Origin: an uncultured bacterium
GTDB taxonomy: Bacteria > Bdellovibrionota_C > UBA2361 > CALJRW01
Length of the DNA stretch: 63,909 bases
NCBI GenBank assembly: GCA_937976335.1
Contig: CALJRW010000057.1
Coordinates: forward strand, 1 to 63,909
Direction: 5' to 3'
Under the pieces are notes generated by a model. The model saw only the letters and a list, made by a program, of their open reading frames with translations. It had not been told where the DNA came from and did not search any database. Below, one piece after another: positions 9,523-18,581 of this stretch (its first letter is position 1; the number at the start of each line of letters is the position of its first letter). The position numbers and the translations under genes are program-made.

Positions 9523-11655
9523 ATGTCTAAATTTTTAACAAAAAATAAAAATCTTCTTCTATTACTCTCTTGGTTTAATTTAGCAATTGCTTCTCCGCTC
9601 ATTCAAAAAATTGGAAATTTTCCTGATTTTCTTGTTGCACATCAAGCTAACTCTTTTGAAATTTTAGCTCTTGTTAGTTTTATTTTACTAGCTCCTGCTC
9701 TGTTTATTTATTTTATTTATCTTCTATTTTATTATTTAATATCTAAAAATATAGCTAAAACTTTTTTTAGTTTATGTTTGCTAATCTTATTTAGTATTAC
9801 CGCTCTTTTGCTGCTGAATAGTTTCGAATTCTCAAATGCCTGGTTAGAGATCTTTATAGCTTTTGTTATTGGATTGTTTTTTCTATATCTTTATATTTAT
9901 AAAACTACTTTCACTAAGTTTTCTATTACATTGTTAGTATTAGTCCCCTTAACTATCTTTACGCTCAGTCAAAAAACAGGATTAATTAATAATTTGTTTC
10001 ATAATAAAAATAGCTCTGCTAGTTTCTCTAAAACGAAAACTCCGGTGGCAGTGCTTATTTTTGATGAATTGCCTCTAAATGCAATTATGAATAGTAAGGG
10101 AGCAATTGACTCAATAAATTTTCCTAATTTTAAAAGATTAGCAAGTATTTCTAATTGGTATAAAAATGCGACAACTCTTAGTACGCGCACTGAATATGCT
10201 GTTCCAGTGATATTATCTGGTTCAGTACCAAGCCATGAAGCTATTGCAACTTCTAGAGATTATCCTGAGAATTTATTTTCTATTTTAAGTAGTACTCATA
10301 ATCTGCATGTATATGAAACAGTGACTAACTTATGTTCAACATCATCTTGTTCTGTTAAATCTCAGAAAAGGAGTTTTTATGCGCGAATTAAAAGCTTACT
10401 ATTTGACAGCTCTGCAATTTATTTAAATGTCTTATTACCAAAAAGTTTTCACGATAGAATTCCTAGTTTAGATGGAAGTTGGAAAGATTTTTGGTTGAAT
10501 ACTCAAGATGAGGAAGTTGTTAAGATACGTGAAAATTCAAAAAGACTTGTTCGCTATAGAAAGTTTTTATCTGAAATTGTTCCAACAAAAGAGCCAGTAC
10601 TTCATTTTTATCATATTCTTTTTCCTCATACACCACATGAGTTTTTACCGTCTTTAAAAACTTACTCGCATACTGGGCAATTACCTTGGGCCTATCAAAA
10701 GGAAGTTTGGATTGATAATGAATGGGGGAGATTACAAGCTTATCAGAGGTTTTATTTACAAGTTCTAGCGGCTGATAAAATTTTAGGCGAGTTTTTAGAT
10801 GCTCTTGAATCGGCTTCACTTTTAGATAGTTCTTTAGTTCTGGTTGCTTCTGATCATGGTATCACTTTCGAAGTTGGATCTCATCGTCGAGGAGTTCCAG
10901 GATTTAAAAATTTCATTCAAGACGATCTCAGAACGCTTTTGTTTATAAAAACACCAAATCAAAAAAATGGAACTGTTTCAGAAAAATTAGCACAAACTAA
11001 TGATGTTTTGCCTTCCATCGCAGAAATTTTGAATATTAAGCTTACTTCTAAAAAAATAGGAAAGTCTCTTTTTAAAAAAGGAGAGAACAATGAAAGTAAA
11101 AATTTTGTTTTACCTAGAAAGTATTGGAAAAAATTTCAAATTCCTTTCGAAGCATATGAATATAACTTTCCTAAAAATGAAAGTTTAGATACAGTTCATT
11201 GGCGCGAATCACATTTTGGAGTTGGTCGTGATTTGAATATGTTTAACATCAGTATAAGACCTCATCTCTTGAATAAAAAAGTTACAGGATTTTTGAGTCA
11301 AAGTAAAAATAATTCTAAATTAAAATTAATAAAATCTAATTTAATTTTTAAAGACAAAAATATTAGTATAGTTAATTTCGATCCTGAAACCTCGTTTTCA
11401 CCAATTCATGTTTTTGGAAGATTAAATAACGCTAGTGATAAGCAAGTTGAGATAGCTTTGGTAGTTAATGGAAAAATTGTAGGTGCAACTAAAAGTTATA
11501 AAGCTAAGAAAAAAGGTAAGGAGTTTCGGAATTTTTCAATCTTGTTTTCTGAGTCAAATTTAAATTCAGGTCTAAATGAGTATAGTTTGTATGAGATACT
11601 AGAAAAGATAGATAAAACTCTTTTACTTTTACCTATTACGGATATTGATAAATGA
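9523..11655 (+). CDS. Membrane-anchored sulfatase-fold hydrolase/transferase (LtaS/EptA-like architecture)
   Basis: About 5 N-terminal TM, then IFDEL, a Thr-rich nucleophile region (STRTEYAVP), FPHTPH and ASDHG. Confidence 0.75.
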   Translation: MSKFLTKNKNLLLLLSWFNLAIASPLIQKIGNFPDFLVAHQANSFEILALVSFILLAPALFIYFIYLLFYYLISKNIAKTFFSLCLLILFSITALLLLNSFEFSNAWLEIFIAFVIGLFFLYLYIYKTTFTKFSITLLVLVPLTIFTLSQKTGLINNLFHNKNSSASFSKTKTPVAVLIFDELPLNAIMNSKGAIDSINFPNFKRLASISNWYKNATTLSTRTEYAVPVILSGSVPSHEAIATSRDYPENLFSILSSTHNLHVYETVTNLCSTSSCSVKSQKRSFYARIKSLLFDSSAIYLNVLLPKSFHDRIPSLDGSWKDFWLNTQDEEVVKIRENSKRLVRYRKFLSEIVPTKEPVLHFYHILFPHTPHEFLPSLKTYSHTGQLPWAYQKEVWIDNEWGRLQAYQRFYLQVLAADKILGEFLDALESASLLDSSLVLVASDHGITFEVGSHRRGVPGFKNFIQDDLRTLLFIKTPNQKNGTVSEKLAQTNDVLPSIAEILNIKLTSKKIGKSLFKKGENNESKNFVLPRKYWKKFQIPFEAYEYNFPKNESLDTVHWRESHFGVGRDLNMFNISIRPHLLNKKVTGFLSQSKNNSKLKLIKSNLIFKDKNISIVNFDPETSFSPIHVFGRLNNASDKQVEIALVVNGKIVGATKSYKAKKKGKEFRNFSILFSESNLNSGLNEYSLYEILEKIDKTLLLLPITDIDK

Positions 11656-12944
11656 AAAAGATTTTACTAATGCTTATTATAATTTTTCATTTTAGTTTAT
11701 ACGGCGAATCTACAACATACGATCGTCCTAATATCCTTTTTATACTTGCCGATGATTTAGGTTGGGCTGACGTTGGATTTCATGATAGTCGAATATTAAC
11801 TCCAAATTTAGATAAGTTGGCAGAACAAAGTACAGAATTAACTACATTTTATGTTCAACCTGTTTGTACACAAACAAGAGCAGCATTTCTAACTGGCCGT
11901 TATCCTTTTCGTTATGGCTTAGGATACAAAGTAATAAAACCAAATGTAAAACATGGATTACCTAAAGAAGAAATCACAATCGCGAAAGTCTTAAAACAGA
12001 ACGGATATAGTACGGCTATATTTGGAAAATGGCATTTAGGTGATTATCAGGGAAAATTTCTTCCAAGTGTACATGGTTTTGATGTTCATATTGGTAACTA
12101 TTGTGGTTGGGTAGATTATGATAATAGAGCAAGACCTAACTATCAAAATGCTGATAATACAAATATAGATTGGCATAATAATAGTAAAATCCATAAAGTA
12201 AGTGGTTACACTACAGACTTAATTACTGAAGATGCAATTAATTGGATCAAAGAAAAAAAGAAAGAGAAATCTTCGTTTTTTAGTTATTTAGCTTATACTG
12301 CTCCTCATGGTCCACTAAAAGCTCCAAAGGAGTTTATTGAGATGTATTCAAATATTAAAAACTCTCAAGAAAGAAAATATGCTGCAGTGGTAACTGCTTT
12401 AGATTCTGCAATTGGAAAATTGTTAAAAACCATTAAAGATGAAGGCTTAGAGAGAAAAACATTAATATTTTTTACAAGCGATAACGGTGGTAAAGTGAAT
12501 GGTGGAGGTTTTAATCATCCTTTAAGGGGAGGCAAGAAAGATTTATATGAAGGAGCATTTAAAGTTCCAACTTTAATCAAATGGCCAGGCGTTATTAAGG
12601 CTGGGGAAAAAATAGATATTCCAATGCATGTGGTTGATCTTTTTCCAACTATATTATCAGCTACAAAAGTTTCAAATAATATTGGATTAGCTATTGATGG
12701 TATTGACTTGCTGCCAATTTTACTTGAAGGCAAAAATACTAGAAAAGAGCTATTCTATGGCCAGAACCATAGGGGAGCTGCAATTAGGGTTGGGAAGTAT
12801 AAGCTGATTTCTTATACTAAAATTGGCAAGAATGAACTCTACGATCTTGAGAAAGATCCTAGCGAAAATATTGATTTATCTAAGGATAAGCCTGAGATTG
12901 TAAAAAACTTATTAAAGCAAATTGAGCATCATATTAGTAAGTAA
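11652..12944 (+). CDS. Arylsulfatase (family S1), exported
   Basis: RPNILFILADDLG, CTQTRAAFLTGRY, GKWHLG, APHGP, TSDNGG, LYDLEKDPSE. Confidence 0.9.
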   Translation: MKKILLMLIIIFHFSLYGESTTYDRPNILFILADDLGWADVGFHDSRILTPNLDKLAEQSTELTTFYVQPVCTQTRAAFLTGRYPFRYGLGYKVIKPNVKHGLPKEEITIAKVLKQNGYSTAIFGKWHLGDYQGKFLPSVHGFDVHIGNYCGWVDYDNRARPNYQNADNTNIDWHNNSKIHKVSGYTTDLITEDAINWIKEKKKEKSSFFSYLAYTAPHGPLKAPKEFIEMYSNIKNSQERKYAAVVTALDSAIGKLLKTIKDEGLERKTLIFFTSDNGGKVNGGGFNHPLRGGKKDLYEGAFKVPTLIKWPGVIKAGEKIDIPMHVVDLFPTILSATKVSNNIGLAIDGIDLLPILLEGKNTRKELFYGQNHRGAAIRVGKYKLISYTKIGKNELYDLEKDPSENIDLSKDKPEIVKNLLKQIEHHISK

Positions 12945-13050
12945 TTAATCTTTAATCTTACAATTTTAGCCTATTCTCCACTCTCCTCACTTGTTTCTAG
13001 ACTTAAATCTCTGTAATGTGTAAATTCAGTAATCTTCTAGGAGAGAGTAT

Positions 13051-13281
13051 ATGCTTATGAGTAAATTTTCGATTTTTGTTCTAATTTTATCATTTTTTAC
13101 TATTCTTGATTCTGCTTTAGCTTATATAGATCCTGGAACGGGAAGCATGATTCTTCAAATTGTAGTTGCAGTTTTTATTGGTGCTATTTTTACTATAAAG
13201 AGTTTTTGGTATAAAATTACAAGTTTTTTCTCTGGTAAAAAAACTAAAAATTCAAGTTCTGAAAATGAAGTAGAAAAATAG
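13051..13281 (+). CDS. Small membrane protein with an AYIDPGTGS motif
   Basis: AGGAG RBS; signal-like segment, then AYIDPGTGSMILQ, a TM helix and a basic tail. Confidence 0.75.
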   Translation: MLMSKFSIFVLILSFFTILDSALAYIDPGTGSMILQIVVAVFIGAIFTIKSFWYKITSFFSGKKTKNSSSENEVEK

Positions 13282-13283
13282 TT

Positions 13284-14675
13284 ATGAATACAGATACAGA
13301 AAAACATAATAGCTCATTTCGTGACCCAGATGGTTTTATTTTTCTTAAAGACAGTATTCTCTACCGTCAGATAAATAAGAGTGGGCAAGAAGATTATGAT
13401 GCTCTTATGTCCTCTGGTTTGTATAAGGAATTAATTGATAAGAAGAGTTTAGTAGCTCATAAAGAGTCAACTGAAAAGCATGAAGCTTCTAACTCTTTGT
13501 ATAAAATTATAGAGCCTCAATTTATACCTTTTATTTCATACCCTTACGAATGGTCATTTAGTCAATTAAAAGCTGCTGCTCTCTTAACGCTAGATATACA
13601 AAAATCTGCCTTAGAACGTAACTTAAGTTTAAAAGATGCAAGTGCATATAATATTCAATTTTCAGAAGGTAAGCCTATCTTTATTGATACTCTGTCTTTT
13701 GAAAAATATGAAGAGGGTAAGCCTTGGGCTGCGTATCGTCAGTTTTGTCAGCATTTTTTAATTCCTTTAGCTTTGATGAAACATATTGGACCAGAAGTTT
13801 CTCAAATGTTTAGAACAAATATAGATGGTATACCTTTAGAGTTAGGCCATAAGCTTTTACCTTTTAAAACTTATTTTAGTTTTGGTCTTTTAGTTCACGT
13901 TCATCTTCATTTTCTATTTCAAGCTAAAAATAGTACTACAACTAGCGAAAGCAAGAATACGAAAGCTATAAAAAAATTTACTAAATTTAATTTTCTTGCG
14001 CTTTTAGATAGTTTAAGAAGTTTGATTTTGAAGTTAGATTTAAAAATTGAAAAATCAACTTGGAACAAATATTACGGTGAAACTAATTATTCTGACAGTG
14101 CGATGACGGCTAAAGAACAATTAGTCAGTGATTTTGCGAAAGAAGTTGATCCTAAAATTGTTTGGGACATGGGAGGCAATACAGGTCGCTTTAGTAGATT
14201 GCTTGCAAATTCTGAAACTAATTGTATTTGCTTTGATTTTGATCATTGGTGTGTCGAGCTTAATTCTCGTGAAGTTTTTAAAAATAATGAAAACCATGTT
14301 TTACCATTAGTTTTAGATGCGAGTAATCCAAGCCCTGCACTTGGTTGGTCTAATACTGAAAGATCTTCTTTAACTGAAAGAGGTCCATGTGATTTACTTT
14401 TGGCTTTAGCTCTAGTTCATCATATATCTATTGCTAATAATATACCTTTAGAATTAGTAGCAAAGTATTTTGCAAATCTTTCTAAAAATTTAATTATAGA
14501 ATTTGTTCCTAAAGTTGATTCTCAGGTAAAGCGTCTACTTAGTGCAAGAGAAGATATTTTTACAAATTATAATATAGAATATTTTGAACAAGTTTTTTCA
14601 GATTATTTTCGTATTGTAAGAAAGGAAAAAGTTGAAGGTTCAGAAAGGACCCTATATTTAATGACTTTGAAGTAA
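13284..14675 (+). CDS. NoeA-like protein: N-terminal kinase-like domain plus C-terminal class I SAM methyltransferase
   Basis: SFRDPDG, PFISYPYEW, LKDASAYN, FIDTLSF; SAM motif VWDMGGNTGRFS; LALALVHH. Confidence 0.8.
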   Translation: MNTDTEKHNSSFRDPDGFIFLKDSILYRQINKSGQEDYDALMSSGLYKELIDKKSLVAHKESTEKHEASNSLYKIIEPQFIPFISYPYEWSFSQLKAAALLTLDIQKSALERNLSLKDASAYNIQFSEGKPIFIDTLSFEKYEEGKPWAAYRQFCQHFLIPLALMKHIGPEVSQMFRTNIDGIPLELGHKLLPFKTYFSFGLLVHVHLHFLFQAKNSTTTSESKNTKAIKKFTKFNFLALLDSLRSLILKLDLKIEKSTWNKYYGETNYSDSAMTAKEQLVSDFAKEVDPKIVWDMGGNTGRFSRLLANSETNCICFDFDHWCVELNSREVFKNNENHVLPLVLDASNPSPALGWSNTERSSLTERGPCDLLLALALVHHISIANNIPLELVAKYFANLSKNLIIEFVPKVDSQVKRLLSAREDIFTNYNIEYFEQVFSDYFRIVRKEKVEGSERTLYLMTLK

Positions 14676-14696
14676 ATTTATATTTGAATAGTTTTA

Positions 14697-14802
14697 CTTA
14701 GTGACGCAGAGTTATAGAGATGTAGAGTTTCTAGAGTGATTTTATTTAACCACAGAAACACAGAATAAATATTAATTCTGTGTTTCTGTGCTTCTGTGGT
14801 TA
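14697..14802. repeat. Composite 8-nt-periodic REP-like element with a hairpin
   Basis: CTTAGTGACGCAGAG followed by periodic AGAG units, then inverted repeat TAACCACAGAAACACAGAAT / ATTCTGTGTTTCTGTGCTTCTGTGGTTA. Confidence 0.75.
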
Positions 14803-14828
14803 GACAAAAAAAACTATAACATTAACTT

Positions 14829-15554
14829 TCACGATCTAAGTTTTTTTAATAAAGCCTTATCTTTCTTGCTCAGTTTTTCTGTAGCAGCTTGCCATCCAGC
14901 TGGAGGAAGATCTTGAGCAATGCTTTTTAAATATTTAAATGTTTTTTCTGGATAAACGTTATACATTTCTCTAAGTGTCCATCCAAAAGCTTTTTTAACA
15001 TAAAAGTGCTCATCTTTAAGTAATGGTTTAATCATAGAAAGAGCTAGATTAAAGCTTGGTTGTTTAATTTTTCTAGCACTAGAATAGTAAAAAAGGCTAA
15101 TTATAGATAATCTTCTATGCCAAGGATTTTTACTTTTATTCCAAACTTTTAAAGTAGGCAAAACCTCTTTTGGAAATTTTTCATGAAGCTCTGCATAAAA
15201 GCTACATATGACATCACCATGCGCCCAATTATCTATTCTTTTTGACCAAGGCTTAATTGCTTTCCAATGCTCTAAGTCAAAAGTCCCTTTAAATTTTTCA
15301 AGATACATTAAAGGCTGATTTAATACTTCAAAGTACTTCGTTTCATTCCAAATATAAGTCCAAAGCTTAAATCTTTCTTTTTCGTTTAACTCTGGAAAAG
15401 AAAATAACTGCTTATTCATTTCTCTTTGTCTAGGAATTTTAATGGCAGCAAGATGTATAAAATTACTATTGTAGTAAGAGCCAATAACCTCTTTACATTT
15501 TTTAGCTTCTTTTTTGAGTTCTTTTTCAACTAAAGTAAGGTATTTTTTCATCAA
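14829..15554 (-). CDS. DNA alkylation repair protein (AlkD-like HEAT-repeat family)
   Basis: IDNWAHGD, W..SKNPWHRR, DEHFYVKKAFGWTLRE. Confidence 0.8.
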   Translation of the reverse strand: MMKKYLTLVEKELKKEAKKCKEVIGSYYNSNFIHLAAIKIPRQREMNKQLFSFPELNEKERFKLWTYIWNETKYFEVLNQPLMYLEKFKGTFDLEHWKAIKPWSKRIDNWAHGDVICSFYAELHEKFPKEVLPTLKVWNKSKNPWHRRLSIISLFYYSSARKIKQPSFNLALSMIKPLLKDEHFYVKKAFGWTLREMYNVYPEKTFKYLKSIAQDLPPAGWQAATEKLSKKDKALLKKLRS

Positions 15555-15671
15555 TTTAGCTTACAGAAATACTAAGGTTTTGTCATATTATTAAAGAAAC
15601 TATTATAATTATAAATTTGAGTAGTTTTTATAATTTGATATATTAGTTAATAACTAAATTAGGAATAAAAT

Positions 15672-16223
15672 ATGAGTCTAGAAAGTAAAATTGTTGAGGG
15701 GATGATAGTCGAATCTAGAGAAGGTAATAATTTAGAGACTCTTGCTGGTTTAAAATCCCCTAGTTGGAGTGATGTTTCGCCTTTATTATATAATAATTTA
15801 GGTAATAGAAGCCAGAAAAATAGATATGACCTTCCAGTTGTTTCTTTTATCGTAGAGCTTAATGCTGCTAAAGGGCCAGCTTCATTTGTATTGCATGACC
15901 TAATTGTAGGAGGAGTTCATTTTCTAAGATCTGCACATATCTCTGGAGGAAACCTTTTTGATGATATATTAAATGACTTTGAAGCTTCTCATAATTTAAG
16001 TCAACAGATTAGAGAGTATGAAGGCAATGATACTTTTGTTTATTCTGAAGGATATGCTCACGTAGAATGGGATCCTAGTGCAAATAACTTGATAGTTCAT
16101 GCTGACGTACTTGATGATTCTCCTAAAAGAATAGCAGGCATATTGCAACAAGCTTTTCCGACTTATCAAGTTTTGGTAAAACAACGTGGATTATCTTTAC
16201 CAGCTTCAGTTTCTATTTTTTAA
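15672..16223 (+). CDS. Hypothetical protein
   Basis: 183-aa ORF with AGGA RBS; no recognised motif. Confidence 0.6.
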   Translation: MSLESKIVEGMIVESREGNNLETLAGLKSPSWSDVSPLLYNNLGNRSQKNRYDLPVVSFIVELNAAKGPASFVLHDLIVGGVHFLRSAHISGGNLFDDILNDFEASHNLSQQIREYEGNDTFVYSEGYAHVEWDPSANNLIVHADVLDDSPKRIAGILQQAFPTYQVLVKQRGLSLPASVSIF

Positions 16224-16447
16224 CTAATATAGTTATCTCTCTGAGAAGATTGAAAAGAGATGTTATCAAGCAAATTGATAGAGTTTCTCGTTCAATAGCA
16301 TTTAAGTTAGTTGATTGTAGTGGAAAAAGAACTGTATTTTTCAACAGACTGATAAATTAATTCAGAATGCTCTATAGGTGAACATTTTTTTTCTCTATTC
16401 GTTAACAATAATAATCTGAGTTTCTTAGTAGCTTTATTAAACAAAAC

Positions 16448-16993
16448 TCAGGTTAATAAAACTTTTCTCTCAGCAGTAGGAACAAACTCACGTCTATCAT
16501 TTTCAACCGTAATGACACCTTCCCCCCAGTCGTGACCTACAAGTTTTGAATTAAATGGAAATCTACCTTCATCATTGGGATTATAGACTTCGCTAGTAAT
16601 ATAAAAAAGATTAGCTACATTTGAAATTACCTTAAGCCCATGTAAAACTCCTTGAGGAATTTTTATGCATACTGCAGACGCTTTGTCATTTTCTTCTTTG
16701 TCGCCCATGTAAACAATGACTTTACTTTTGTAAGTAGGACTTTCTTCTCTGTTATCAAAAAAAACTGCCTCAACTACCCCAGTTGCTACATACCACCAAT
16801 CAATTTGTAGATGATGATAGTGCCAAGCTTTAACAACATTTTTTGTCATTTTACTGTGACTCCATTGAGAAAATTTACCATTCTCAAAAAAATCATCAGT
16901 ATGTCTTATCACTTCTCGAAAAAATCCTCTATCGTCAGGATGACTTTTTAGTTCTTTAATAATTAGTCCAGCTATTGAGTTCTTGTTATTCAT
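16448..16993 (-). CDS. dTDP-4-dehydrorhamnose 3,5-epimerase family (RmlC-like cupin)
   Basis: HPDDRGFFRE, VVKAWHYH, IPQGVLHG. Confidence 0.85.
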   Translation of the reverse strand: MNNKNSIAGLIIKELKSHPDDRGFFREVIRHTDDFFENGKFSQWSHSKMTKNVVKAWHYHHLQIDWWYVATGVVEAVFFDNREESPTYKSKVIVYMGDKEENDKASAVCIKIPQGVLHGLKVISNVANLFYITSEVYNPNDEGRFPFNSKLVGHDWGEGVITVENDRREFVPTAERKVLLT

Positions 16994-17979
16994 ATATTTA
17001 ATGCCCTAGAAAGACGATCTAGCACGGCAGGCTCAAGAGAGTCAAATTCTTGCTTGTCAATAACAATATATTCAAAGTTTAGTTGGTCGATCTTTCTAAG
17101 TGTTGAGTAGAGATTTCTTCTGATTTCATCTATAGCATTATTTTCACTTAAAACAAATGATTTATACTGATTAGAATTTTTACGAATTCCTAAAAAGCAT
17201 ACTTTAGAATTTAAAACTGTTTTAGGTAAATTATGTTCAAAAATAATTTTAGTTTTAGGCGTGTAATGTTTTAGATGAAGTCCTGGGGATAAACTCTTAT
17301 CAACGCTATTTGTTACTTTTTGAACTTCTTCATTAAGTATGTTCTCTAAAATATTTTTTGTAATAGCGCCTTCTCTTAAAATGATTGGTTTACTTTGAGT
17401 AATGTCTAAAACAGTTGATTCAATACCTACTTTGCATTGATTACCATTTAGAATTAAAGAAACTGACTCAGCCAGATCAAGGACATGTTCTGCAGAAGTT
17501 GGGCTTACGTATCCAGATTTATTGGCACTAGGAGCAGCGATAGGAAAATTACATATTTGCAGTAAGCTCAAAGCTATAGGATGATCTGGAATTCTAATTG
17601 CAAGAGTTTCCTTACCAGCTGTAACAGAATAAGGAATTCTTTTAGATTTAGGTAAAATAAGAGAAATAGGACCAGGCCAGAGATCTTTTACTTTATTTAG
17701 TCGATTAAAAATTTTGAGATTTTCTAAATCAGCAACTAATGTAATTTGTTCAAAGCTTCCTATATGTAAAATTATTGGATTTGTTTTAGGTCTTTTTTTA
17801 GCTTTAAAAATTTTACTTACTGCGTCTTCTAAAAGAGCGTTAGCTCCAAGGCCATAAACAGTTTCGGTAGGAAAAGCTACAAGTTCACCATTCCGCAAGA
17901 GTTTAGCGGCAAGTAGTATGTTATCTTTAGTGGCTTCTACTAAGGACGATTGAGTTTGTTGCCCATTTCTTTTGCACAC
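16990..17979 (-). CDS. sua5: L-threonylcarbamoyladenylate synthase (Sua5/TsaC), start uncertain
   Basis: VAFPTETVYGLGA, KKRP..NP, WPGP, AAPSANKSG, GIESTV, SPG..LKHY (Sua5 linker). Confidence 0.92.
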   Translation of the reverse strand: MCKRNGQQTQSSLVEATKDNILLAAKLLRNGELVAFPTETVYGLGANALLEDAVSKIFKAKKRPKTNPIILHIGSFEQITLVADLENLKIFNRLNKVKDLWPGPISLILPKSKRIPYSVTAGKETLAIRIPDHPIALSLLQICNFPIAAPSANKSGYVSPTSAEHVLDLAESVSLILNGNQCKVGIESTVLDITQSKPIILREGAITKNILENILNEEVQKVTNSVDKSLSPGLHLKHYTPKTKIIFEHNLPKTVLNSKVCFLGIRKNSNQYKSFVLSENNAIDEIRRNLYSTLRKIDQLNFEYIVIDKQEFDSLEPAVLDRLSRALNI

Positions 17980-18368
17980 GAATTAATTTCTTTTAAGAAA
18001 GATTTAATAGTTGAGTTATCTAAAGTTTTAGAGCTTAAGGAATGAAAAACCTTAGAATCGAAATTATCAATGCATTTATTATCTATAACTTTAGGGCCTA
18101 AAAAAGCTGATGGTGCAGAATTACGTCCAAATCTATTAGGGGACATAGCCCATCTTTTAAGAGCTAGATCTCCTAAGATGCTACCTTGGCAAAATGGGTG
18201 TTTAGCGCTACTAAAAAAACAAGCTGTTTTTCTCGAAGAACTTTGATTCATGCATTCTTCTATTAGATCTGCACATTGTGGGAACGCATTAGAACCACTT
18301 CTAAGTCCAGTATCTGCACAAAAAGCATTGCTTGTAATCAAAAGTAAAGTTAAAAAAAGCTTATTCAT
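17940..18368 (-). CDS. Secreted cysteine-rich hypothetical protein
   Basis: GGAG RBS before MNKLFL signal peptide; six or more Cys in the mature part. Confidence 0.65.
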   Translation of the reverse strand: MNKLFLTLLLITSNAFCADTGLRSGSNAFPQCADLIEECMNQSSSRKTACFFSSAKHPFCQGSILGDLALKRWAMSPNRFGRNSAPSAFLGPKVIDNKCIDNFDSKVFHSLSSKTLDNSTIKSFLKEINSCAKEMGNKLNRP

Positions 18369-18581
18369 ATATATTCTCCGGCTAAAATTCATTCCTTTTT
18401 TCTCATAGCATTGTACCATTCCTAAAAGTACTTAGGCAAAAAAAAGTAAGCAATTAGAATGGTATCGTAAGTGACTAATAATACTCTTAATTTAACTAAT
18501 AATGAATAGCTGTAAAAGCTTAAGTTATTTATATTCTATGACGAATAACTAGATCGAATCAGTAAATTTCATAGGAATATA

